A stretch of 64,000 nt of DNA from Paraspadella gotoi (taxonomy: Eukaryota; Animalia; Chaetognatha). Numbering within the stretch: position 1 is the stretch's first letter; each line of letters starts with the position of its first letter. Under the pieces are notes generated by a model. It saw only the letters and a list, made by a program, of their open reading frames with translations, made no database searches and was not told the origin of the DNA. This document shows, piece by piece, positions 1 through 10,380 of this stretch. The DNA lies in assembly GCA_051294375.1 (NCBI GenBank), contig CM119269.1, positions 522,272 through 586,271 of the forward strand, read 5' to 3'. The translations under genes were made by a program, and so were the position numbers.

Positions 1-76
1 CTCGCTTTTTTTCATCACATTAGGCAGAAAAAGGAGGTCTTTTAACGAAAGCCAGTCGCAAGAACGAGCGCGCTCT

Positions 77-132
<56 letters not shown>

Positions 133-835
133 CTCTCTTCTCTCTCTCCTCTCTCACTCTCTCATCTCTCTCTCTCACCGAGTGTCTGACGACGTTTGCA
201 TCGTTTTTCTTTGATTTGTCTCCGTCCTCGACTTCATTTTTCGTCTCAAGGTAGCGAAGGTAAGGATTCGACTGAAAAAAAAAAACGTTTCACTTGCACT
301 TATCTCAGGCTCAGCCAAGCTATCAAAGCTAAAATACGCATGCGCTTTTTGACAGCGGGGAACCGGATCGGATTAAAGCATATTCCAGCTTTATAATCCA
401 CTTTGTCGGTCGGTCTCACTTCCACCCTAAATTCACTTAAATGATATCAGAATATCGAATAATGAAAAAAAAAATTATGCGCGCGCGCCGCTCGTCTGAT
501 CACCATTTATCAGAGTTTTCCCAGGCGGAAACTTCGCCGCCGACGCGACAGCGCCGCCTCCGCCGCGTCAGCGACGATAATACCGCGGCGTTGTAAACGA
601 GACTCGAGGGTCGAAAGTTCGGCGAGACAATTGACTAGCAAATTACTTCGACTCTGATCCATCATGATGGGGAAGGGTTGGGATTTGGTATTACTACGTT
701 ATTTACTTAAATTTATTTGACCAAAAAATAATAATTTGAAGAATCACATTTTAATTCTCATTTGATTTGACCTTTGATAATAACTTGGTTATGAAATTAC
801 AAGGTTATTCCGTCCATTCTTCTTAAAGGATAATA

Positions 836-921
836 ACAGCTGGGCGCTGTGAGCTTTCAAAAATGACAGTCTCACACTAGCAGTCTCTTCGGAGGCGTGG
901 CTTCGAATCACACAGCTGCCA
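836..921 (+). pseudogene. Degenerate tRNA-Leu-like sequence (pseudo-tRNA or SINE head)
   Basis: The 3' half cagtctcttcggaggcgtggcttcgaatcacacagctgcca resembles the eukaryotic tRNA-Leu variable arm, T arm and acceptor stem. The D and anticodon arms are not recognisable. Confidence 0.5.
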
Positions 922-1423
922 CCACATTTAATGAAAAACTCATGGATTTCTAGGGGCGAGTCTACTGAAACTAGAATAAGCTAGGTCTATTTATAACTAA
1001 GGAAGAGGATCGGCGACAAGGGTAAAATATACAGTTCCCATGATTCTGCAAGCTGATTGGTCGAATCCGGTTTCATCCTTGACCAATCAGGATTCGGCGA
1101 TTCCATTTCCGCGGAGATCGCCCGAGTCTCCGATTCGATTTGCTTTTGGCGTCTTGATACTCCTGCGAGGCTAGTATTAGTGACGAAAATAAAGTCTCTA
1201 AGATTGATTCGACTTACCCTGTCGTGCAGGTAAGAGTTGTCCTCGGGCTTTTCCTTTCCAATCAGCTGGCGAAAGCTGCCGTGACGTCGCCACCCGTTGC
1301 TGGTACCCGAACAGTCGTCGAAGCTGATGCATTTCGACCTGAGGATCGGCGGATAAATCTACAGATGAAAAAACTTGCATCTTTAGCCTATCTCCACCCC
1401 CCCACCGGCCAAAACGAACCCCA

Positions 1424-1637
1424 TCACCTGGTGGATCTGATGGAGCCCTCCTTCAAGAGAATGCCCGACGCCGATGCCGTGGACCGGATGCTGAGGCGAT
1501 GGGAGATTGTGCCGGAGGAGAGGGATTTAATGCTGGGCGCCGACTCCAACGCCGATCTCTTCCGCCGAAGCAGCACTTGCAGCAGAGGGAAGTGCTTCGT
1601 CATCGCCGTGCGGAATTTCACGTTGCGAAACGTGTAG
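1424..1637 (-). CDS. Opsin exon: helix 8 and Ser-rich C-tail
   Basis: Acceptor ccctag, then (V)YTFRNVKFRTAMTKHFPLLQVLLRRKRSALESAPSIKSLSSGTIS...STR*. Phase 2 matches the upstream donor. Confidence 0.85.
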
Positions 1638-2320
1638 CTAGGGTTTTGAATATTAAAATGGGGATGCTATTTGTATATTGGTTAATTAGTGTTTAGTATC
1701 GTGTTCGATTGAACATTAAATTTAACGATGTATCAATGCTCCAAATGCGAAAATCCGTCACCTGAGTCATCGTATTAAAACACAGGGTAAAGAAGAATAC
1801 GGAAATCAGCAAATAAACAAAAAATGTAGATAATCCATAATTGTTAATATGAAACAGCCACGCCGCCTGCCACTCACACGAATGGATTGTAGAGAGAGGC
1901 GCATTGGCGACGAGCGCCGCAAGTGTCGTCACGCGCGGCGTCAATAACGAGTGCACGTGCGGCGAAAACTGTCCGACCACCACCACCGTCGCGTACGGAC
2001 TCCACGCCATCACGTACAACGCCACAGATGAGAAGGGCCGTCTTCGTGGCGCGGAATTTCGGGCTTATCCTCGAATGAGGCGGAAGTCGTTCGAGCGGAG
2101 ACAGATCGAGATGTTGAGATGCCTTAATAAAGAGGAGAGTGTTATCAGTCTCTTCTCTCTCTCTTCCTCCTCTCTCCTCTCTCTTTCTCTCTCACATTCC
2201 CAAAGAGATTCATGTATTCAGATTAGCGACTCTCATCGAAATCCCGATGCCATAGCTCAATATAACATTCGACCATCGACCTGAGATTGACCTTTTCTAC
2301 GATTTCATTTCATCTTACCA

Positions 2321-2352
<32 letters not shown>

Positions 2353-2875
2353 CTTGCTCTCTCACATTCCCAAGAGATTCATGTATTCAGATTAGCGATG
2401 ACTTCATTCGAAACCTAGGCATCCCGATGCCTAAATAGCTCAAAATACCATAAAGTTTCGTCATCGCCTGAGATTGACCTTTTCTAACATTCATTTCATC
2501 TTACCATATCTCTCTCTCTCTCTCCTCTCTCTCTGCTCTTGCTCTCTTCAGCATTCCCAAGAGATTCATTGTATTCAGATTAGCGACTCTTCTGTATCGA
2601 AATCCCGCGCAATAGAGCATTCAATATAACATTCGACATCGACCTGAGATTGACCTTTTCTACGATTTCATTATCATTTACCCTATATTCCATCTATCTC
2701 TCGCTCTCGCTCTCTTCCCTCTCGTCCGCTCTTGCTCGTAGCTCACATTCCCAAGAGAGTTCATGTATTCAAGATTAGCGACTCTCATTCGAATCCCGAT
2801 GCCTAGCTCAAATATAACATGCGACCATCGACCTGAGAATGACCTTTTTCTACGATTTCATTTCATCTTAACCAA

Positions 2876-2912
<37 letters not shown>

Positions 2913-3046
2913 GCTCTCTCACATTCCCAAGAGATTCATGTATTCAGATTAGCGACTCTCATTAAATCCCGATGCCATAGCTCAATATAACAATCGACCA
3001 TCGACCTGAGATTGACCTTTTCTACGATTTCATTTCATCTTACCAA

Positions 3047-3085
<39 letters not shown>

Positions 3086-3228
3086 CTCTCCTCTCACATT
3101 CCCAAGAGAATTCATGTTATCAGATTAGCGAATCTCTCATTAGAATTCCCGATGCCATAGCTCAATATAACATTCGACCATCGACCTGAGATTGACCTTT
3201 TCTACGATTTCATTTCATCTTACCAATA

Positions 3229-3262
<34 letters not shown>

Positions 3263-3400
3263 TTCTTGCTCTCTCATATTCCAAGAGACTGTATTCAGAT
3301 TAGCGACTCTCATTCGAATCCCGATGCCATAGCTCAATAATAACATTCGACCATCGACCTGAGATTGACCTTTTCTACGATTTCATTTCATCTTACCAAA

Positions 3401-3432
<32 letters not shown>

Positions 3433-6400
3433 CCTCTCTTCTTTCCACTCACGTCCCAACTCATATGTTTCCAGCACTCTTTCTTTTGAGCCCAAATTGA
3501 ATTCAAAATCCTAAAATAGAAGTAGACGATGCAGCCCAAAGGCAGAACGAATCCGAGGAAGAAAATTGACATGACGTAGGAGGAGATGGAAGGAGATCGG
3601 GTCAAGTAGTCCACGGAACAGCTCGTCAAGTAGCCTTCAAGGATTGCGGCGGAATTAAGATTAAAATATTTTTCATTACTTTTAAATTAACATTTAACTT
3701 GAAACGGTAGTATTCCATACCCCTTTACTAGTCCGATAGATCTTAATTACAAACTAATATTTACTATATTTTCAACAAATTTTAAACATATATTTTAATA
3801 TATATCTTTTTAGCAATTTAAATATATTTTATCATAAATATATTATTATTTTATATTTAACAATTTAAATACATTTTTAACAATTTTATACATGTATTTA
3901 AATATATCTTTAAAAATCACGCGACGCTTTTTTCATTATTATTGTTATAATCATTTAATGAAAAAAGGATTGGATATCTCACCTTCGGGCACGTATTGGT
4001 TCCACCCTAAAAACGGAGGGACGCACCATATCAAAGCGTAACCCCAGGCCAGCACCATCAAGATCTTGACTTGGTGTTTCGTAAAGTGTTTCATGGGGTC
4101 AAGGGGAAAGCAAATGACGCGATATCGCTCGCACGACATCAACGCCATGGTTGCTATGTCAACGAAGCCAGTCATTGACGCGCAAAAACCGTAGAGGCTG
4201 CACACTGAGGGCGTTAAAATCGGGGGGGAAAGGAAGTTGTGAGTGTACCAAGCGGTTGATTTGAAGGGGGAAAGAAAAGCTAAACATATGTTGAATCGGA
4301 ACGAAGGGGAAAAAATGGTGAAAAAAAAAAGATCTACCCGGATTGAGTCGAGAGGGAAGCCAGAGAAAATGCTGGTAAGCGGAACAGGGTCAAAAGTTTA
4401 GGCAATATAAACATACTCGGTTGAAGATAGCTTACAAAAATGAAATAGAAATCAGAAAAAATAACTGTTGGCTTTAAAAAATCTGTTCTTATTCGTCAAT
4501 TTTTTTTTCGGTGCTTAGTATCTTTTCTTGCTCTTGCTATTCTCACAATAATAATCTATTTTCTTCTTCGTCGCGCGAATTCATTTTTCATTCCTTTCAT
4601 CATTCTACCGAACTTCAAATGATAACGCAATCCGCGAAAATCAATAAATCTATATTTTATGCTGGATCTGCCTCCCGACCAAGCTCTTCATCATTAGCAT
4701 CTCTGCTAAAAATCTATGTTCGCGAATATTCTTTTTTATGTGACTATTGCACTTTTTGACGTAAATCGAAGCGCAGGTGTTGGATGGAATTCGTCTGCTG
4801 TTATTTGCGATGAGATTCGAAAGAAGAAAAGCCCAAGGAATGACTCTTTCACGATTAAGCCCTAAGGCTGGTGGCTATGAAATTGATGAAAATAAATGAG
4901 GCTCAAAAAAAATAGGAAAAGTTAAAGATATGAAAACGATCTGTTTTTGACGTAAAAGGAATCGTCCATGACAGTCAAGTATTAGTATTATTGTTATCAA
5001 TACGTAGAACCTATGGTATCCGCGATCCGCATTAGTAGACACCTAGTAAAGGCTGGCATCATATACACTCCATTCAACAAAATAAGATTCGGTACTAGAA
5101 GTGAGCTAAGTGGAGACGGAATTTTACTTTGGTATCCTCGGAAGTTCTTTTCACTAAAAATTCGCGATCCTACCAGCTAGAGATCATTTAATAAAAGCAA
5201 GGTGGCTGGTAAATTGATTACTGGCGTCAAGCAAATTATTACATAAAATGACCTCATTGAATATCTTTCAGGAGTCAGCGCAAAACTGTACATCGTTATC
5301 TATTATAGTTGGACACGTTGTTCTTAATTGTCGCAAATTAGACTAACAGTTTTATTCGAATTCTATAGAAAGACGCCGTCATAAAGTTGAGCCTCTTGTG
5401 GGATTTTGTTGGAAACGTTGGTCGCGTCACTGAGGTCATCACGGGAACTGACGTTTCAGTCAGATTCAATCTCACTATTTTTTTTTCTTGTTGACAATTG
5501 TGATTTTTGTGAGAGAATAAAATGAAAAAACCATTGATACTTGATTCACTTTGCAAATTGGGATTTTTCAGTTATTGTATCACTTTCTCAGACATTAATG
5601 AAGGTTGATGACCGTAATAATTATAGTTCATATAGTTATATGATTATATAATTATAATTATACTTCTTTTGAGAATGAGATTTTTTTTCTCGATACCCTT
5701 GATTATCTTCCGTGATTTTTGCAAATAAATTACATGTAGTAGAAAATTAATTTTGTTCGCCCAAAGTCGGTCCTCAAAGCGAATCTTTTCCGTGGAGCCT
5801 TTTCTCTTAGATTTAAATCGGACAATTTCCTTATGCTCTAGACTCTAGAGTCTAGTGGTTTCTTGGTTCTTATTGACTTTGACGTTTATTGAAAACCTCG
5901 TACTTCTTATCACAGTTTGGAAGAAGACTGAGATCGAGTGAGCCGGTAGGGAAAGTGAAAATGATTATTTATGGCAACATTGGGATGGGGCATCACACTG
6001 CTGGCTTTAGCCGCTTGCAATCCTCAGTGGCGCCGCCTGCCAGTGGCGCGGTTACCCGAGGACGGTCTCGCTTTGCCATCGCAGAGGGAAGTCGTTAGGA
6101 CTTGTGGATGGAACGCAACGCCTGGGATTGTGCGTTCACCCTCTGAGCCAATGGGAATGGCTGAACGATGATGGATGTGAGGCAGGGTGAATATCATTCA
6201 CTGAATAATAAATATATCGCCACAAAGTTACTTTAATATTAAGTCAGCTGGGAAGATCGGCTTGATACAGGAAGGAAAAGACGCCCGAAAGTTGTAAGAG
6301 TTTGTGACGTGTATGTATGGTATATGTGTGTGTGTGTTTATATGTGGTATGGTGTGACGGGTATGGCGCTAAGTAAGCGGAATTGGATCGGTTATGGGTA

Positions 6401-8032
6401 AGGTAGGGTAGGGTAGGGAAGTAACTGGTAGGCATTAAACCCGGTTAGAGGTGGTCAAGTGGTCATGTGCTGATGGCTTTAATTAAAAATCTAAATGTCA
6501 TCGAGTCAGTGGGGGATAAAAGTCTATAGGAGTTAAATAAAAGTATATAACTAAATACTAGCCAATGTGGTACGTAATTTCGTCCCATTTATCGGCTTTC
6601 CCTCGCTTTTACTGAGCCTGATGCCCCACATTACGGTCCACTCACGAGCGGGTCCCCCGACGAAGCGGCCGTAGATGCTGTTGATGAGATAAATCGGCGG
6701 CGAAGTCGTCATCATCATGAGATCGGAGACGGCCAAGTTGAAGAGGAAGAGATTCGACGCAGTTCGGATTGACTTTTCTCTGGAAATCGGGAATCGGAGG
6801 TTGGAATGAGAACGAGGCTGGAAGGGGAAGGAGGGGGAACGTGGGGGGGAGGTGATGGAGGGAGGGGAAGAGAGGAGGGAAGAAGAGAAGAAGAAATGAG
6901 GAAATGAAGGAGGAAGGTAGTAAAGAAAGGAGAAGGAGAGGAGAGAAGAAGAAGAGAAGAAGAAATGAGGAAATGAAGGAGGAAGGGAGTAAAGAAAGGA
7001 GAAGGAGAGGAGAGAAGAACTGAAGAAGAAATGAGCAAATAAAGGAGGAAGGTAGTAAAGAAAGGAGAAGGAGAGGGTTGAAGGGACAGAAGAAAAACTG
7101 GAAAGATAGGATAAAGAATGAAAAAGGGAATGCGGCAAAAAATAAAAGAGAAAATAGAAAAATTAGGAGAAAATGATCGCGGGTTGGAACAACTGTGCCA
7201 AAGGATAAGAACAACTGTGCGAAAGGAGAAGGAACAACTGTCGAAAATGAAAAGACAACTGTGCGAAAGGAGAAGGAACAACTGTGCGAAAAGGAGAAAG
7301 AACAACTGCGAAAGGAGAAAGAACAACTGTGGCGAAAGGAAGAAAGAACAACTGTGCGAAAGGATAAAGAACAACTGTGCGAAAGGAGAAAGAACAACTG
7401 TGCGAAAGGAGGAAGAACAACTGTGCAGTATATGTGTATATGTATATTGTATATTGTGTGCGAAAGGAGGAAGAAAAAAGAAAGAACAACAAAAGACAAA
7501 TATAGCAAAAAAGGAGAGAGAAAACGAATTGATGAGAAAGACGGGAAACAGAGGAGAAAAAACAAGGAAATGAGGTGTGGCGAATTTTCGTATAGCTTGG
7601 TGAAAATCAGCTGTGTGAGTTCCGGGTTCAATCCGCTCTCGATCACGCTGGATAAAGTCGGGTGATATCGGCATAAACACGCCAGTGACTTGGGGTGGTC
7701 ACTGCAGGTCCATAAGCCCTGAGCGCCAGCTGTCGGGAGCTGTGTCCCCGTTGCCATAGATGAAGGAAAGCAAGGCAGAAGAAAGGGGGAGAAACGAACC
7801 AAAACTTTTGGCAAAAGTCGAGGGTCAACGTGGCGCGAAAAGGAGAAAAGAAAAGAGTTTGAGAAAATCCAGAGTCACAGACGCAAGTCGTTGAAGCGGG
7901 CATCACAAAGCGAAGAAAGTAAAGTAAGGGATAGAGAATTTGAAAGGTTTCCCCGACGAGATAACGTGACTAAAATAGAAATTTGTAAGAAAAGAAAGAA
8001 GATGAGAGAGAAAGGGGAATTAGACAATGATT

Positions 8033-8086
<54 letters not shown>

Positions 8087-9830
8087 TTTTTTTCCCCCAA
8101 TGGTTTTTGAAGTCTTATTTTCTGTCGTAGAAAGTTTCTCTTGAGCTTTGATATAATTTTTTTTAAAACCTAAGTTGTAGNNNNNNNNNNCAACCAACTA
8201 GAACCCGAAATAAATCTTATCTTCCTTTCCTTCTTTTTTTCCCCTCAATTCCTCCGGCGGACTTTTCTTTTCGCCTTTTCTTCGCGGAGCAACACTATAA
8301 CTCACTTTTCACTTAATCTTTCGGTCGGTCTGTCGGTCGATCTGTCTGTCGGTCGGTCGGTATGTCTGTCCGTCGGTATAATTCACCTATAGTTGGTTTC
8401 TCATTTGTTAAGACAAAAACCTCAAATCTAAGGGACTGCTAGCGCCGCCTTCAGGAAATCCTAAAACTATTAGGAATTAAAGACGGAATTTCGATGCAGT
8501 GATTGATAGATATGAAAATAAAGTCACTGCGGCGCAACACATTGGNNNNNNNNNNNNNNNNNNNNNNNNNGGGAGTAATCTTATTTGGCGGAAATCGTAA
8601 TCGTGCGGAGGTTTGATCAGAAAATTAATGGGACAGTGAAAAGACGACGTCGTAAATGTAATCATAAAAAAAAACAAAAAAAAAAAGAAAACAAGAACGG
8701 TAATTCCAATGTGTTGCGTGGCCGCGTGACTTTATTTTCATATCTATCAAACACTGCAGTCGAAATTTCCGTCTTTATTCCTATTGTTAGATTTCTGATA
8801 GCGCGCTAGCAGTCCCTTGTAGATTTTGGAGGTTTTGTCCTTAACAAAATGAGAAACCCAACTATAGGTGAATTATGACCGGACGGGAACCAGGACAAAT
8901 TCACGACCCGACCGCCCAAAGGACAGATTCGACCGACAGATACCGACCCGAAAGATTAAGGTGATAAAGTGAGTTATAGTGTTCGGCTCAGCGCGAAAGA
9001 GAAAGGAAAAATAAGTGCCGACCGGAGGAATTGAGGCGGAAGAAAAGAACGAAAAGGAAATAAGATTTATTTTTGGGTTCTTAAAAAAAATTAATATCAA
9101 GCTCAAAAGAAACTTTCTAACGAACCAGAAATAAGACTTCAAAAACATTGGGGGAAAAAAAGTTCTCTCTCTTCTCTCCTCTCTCTCTCGCCTCTTCCTC
9201 TCTCTCTCATCTCTCTGCTCTCTCCTCTCTCTCCTCTCTCTCTCCGTTCCTCTAATCATTGTCTATTCCCCTTTCTCTCTCATTCTTTCTTTCTTTTCTA
9301 CAAAATTTCTATTTTAGTCCACTTTTATCTCGTCGGGAACGCTTTTCAAATGTCTCTATCCTTACTTTACTTTCTTTCGCTTTGTGATGCCCGCTTCAAC
9401 CGACTTGCGTCTGTGCCTCTGTGCTTCTTCTCAAACTCTTTTCTTTTCTCCTTTCGCGCGACACGTGAACCTCGACTTCTGCCAAAGCGTTCTGGTTTCG
9501 TTTCCATCGTCCCCCTTTGCTTCTGCTTGCTTTACTTCATCTATGCAACGGGGGACAAGCTCCCGTTCCCCCCACCACACCCGGACCCACTTAGCGAAGA
9601 CGGCGATGACGAGCGTGTTGGCGACGGCGCCGATGACGCCGACGACGAATATGAAGACGCCGGTGATGACGAGCTCCGTGTCGTCGGTGGCGGGAAACCG
9701 ACGCCAGTGAGAATGGACGAAGATGTCGGGATGCGCGTTGTGGCCCAGGCGGGTCTCGTTGGAGACGGGGAACTCGGGCGTCGTCGTCGCCAGGCGCGCC
9801 TCGAATCGGGCGAAGGGCGAAGGTGAGTTG
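1424..9830 (-). CDS. Rhabdomeric-type (Gq/melanopsin/arthropsin-like) opsin, multi-exon; true start and C-terminal end uncertain
   Basis: Exons ~9830-9591, 6779-6646, 4204-3983, 3634-3453, 2122-1878 and 1637-1424 join in consistent phase at GT-AG sites. Motifs: VHSHWRRFP, GAVANTLVI (TM1), SIRTASNLFLFNLAVSD (TM2), CSLYGF...CERY (TM3), WNQYVPEGYLTSCSVDY (ECL2), AWSPYA (TM6), A[K]CASLYNPFVY (TM7), FRNVKFR. Confidence 0.9.
1878..2122 (-). CDS. Opsin exon: ICL3-TM6-TM7, with a +1 and a -1 indel
   Basis: Acceptor attaag, then ASQHLDLSPLERLPPHSRISPKFRATKTALLI [+1] VALYVMAWSPYATVVVVGQFSPHVHSLLTPRVTTLAALVA [-1, 'AA' only] CASLYNPF(V), donor gtgagt. Confidence 0.85.
2150..3430. repeat. Intronic tandem repeat, ~180-200 bp unit with embedded (CT)n, about 7 copies
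   Basis: Recurring cacattcccaagagattcatgtattcagattagcgactctc...cgacctgagattgaccttttctacgatttcatttcatcttacc. Confidence 0.92.
3453..3634 (-). CDS. Opsin exon: ECL2-TM5
   Basis: Acceptor ttgaag, then YLTSCSVDYLTRSPSISSYVMSIFFLGFVLPLGCIVYFYFRILNSIWAQKKECWKHMSWD, donor gtgagt. Confidence 0.92.
3983..4204 (-). CDS. Opsin exon: TM3-TM4-ECL2
   Basis: Acceptor cctcag, then CSLYGFCASMTGFVDIATMALMSCERYRVICFPL...WGYALIWCVPPFLGWNQYVPE(G), donor gtgaga. Confidence 0.92.
6646..6779 (-). CDS. Opsin exon: ICL1-TM2-ECL1
   Basis: Acceptor ttccag, then (K)EKSIRTASNLFLFNLAVSDLMMMTTSPPIYLINSIYGRFVGGPA(L), donor gtgagt. Confidence 0.9.
7187..7425. repeat. ~22-23 bp minisatellite
   Basis: About 10 copies of (a/g)gaacaactgtgcgaaaggaga. 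Confidence 0.9.
9591..9830 (-). CDS. Opsin exon: N-terminal domain and TM1
   Basis: Translates ...PEFPVSNETRLGHNAHPDIFVHSHWRRFPATDDTELVITGVFIFVVGVIGAVANTLVIAVFA(K). Donor GTGGGT is phase 2 and matches the exon starting at 6779. The 5' boundary is approximate. Confidence 0.85.
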   Translation of the reverse strand, partial: QLTFALRPIRGAPGDDDARVPRLQRDPPGPQRASRHLRPFSLASVSRHRRHGARHHRRLHIRRRRHRRRRQHARHRRLR

Positions 9831-10124
9831 TGGGAAACGCGGGCTTAAGAATCTTATCTTTGCCCTATGGTTGCACTCGTCTGGTCTATTTGACTTTGTG
9901 TCTAACAGAGAGAAAACTCTGACTTTTCTCTTTTCTTTTCTTTTCTTNNNNNNNNNNNNNNNNNNNNNNNNNAAAGAAAAGAAAAGAAAAAGAAAAGAAG
10001 AAAAGAAAAAGAAAAGAAAGAAAAAAAGAAGAGAAAGTCAGAGTTTTTCTCTGTTAGACACAAAGTCAAAATAGATCAGAACGAGTGCAACCATAGGGCA
10101 AAGATAAGATTCTTAAGCCGCCGT

Positions 10125-10380
10125 TTGCCCACAGACTCACCCATCGCCCTTCGCCCGATTTCGAGGCGCGCCTGGCGACGACGACGCACGAGTTTCTCCC
10201 GTCTCCAACGAGACCGCGCCTGGGCACAAACGCGCAATCCCGGACATCTTCGTCCATTCTCACGGCGTCGGTCCCCGCCACCCGACGACACGGAGCTCGT
10301 CATCACGCGTCTTCATATCGTCCGTCGGCGTCATCGGCGCCGGTCGCCAACAACGCCTCGTCACGCCGTCTTCGCTAAGT
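10125..10380 (+). pseudogene. Inverted, indel-ridden second copy of the opsin TM1 exon (probable fold-back artifact)
   Basis: Reverse-complement match to 9590-9830 across the N-gap at 9948-9972, with many single-base indels. Confidence 0.7.

Noticed and set aside
836-921. Functional tRNA-Leu gene
   Set aside because: The A-box/D-arm and anticodon arm are not recognisable, and the T-loop region is mutated.
6642-7814. Long ORFs of 195-390 aa, rich in F, S and L
   Set aside because: They are translations of purine/pyrimidine tracts and minisatellites in an opsin intron. Only 6646-6779 is a real exon.
10125-10380. A second opsin gene on the plus strand
   Set aside because: Only the TM1 exon is present, as an error-rich mirror image across a gap. 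No other exons follow.
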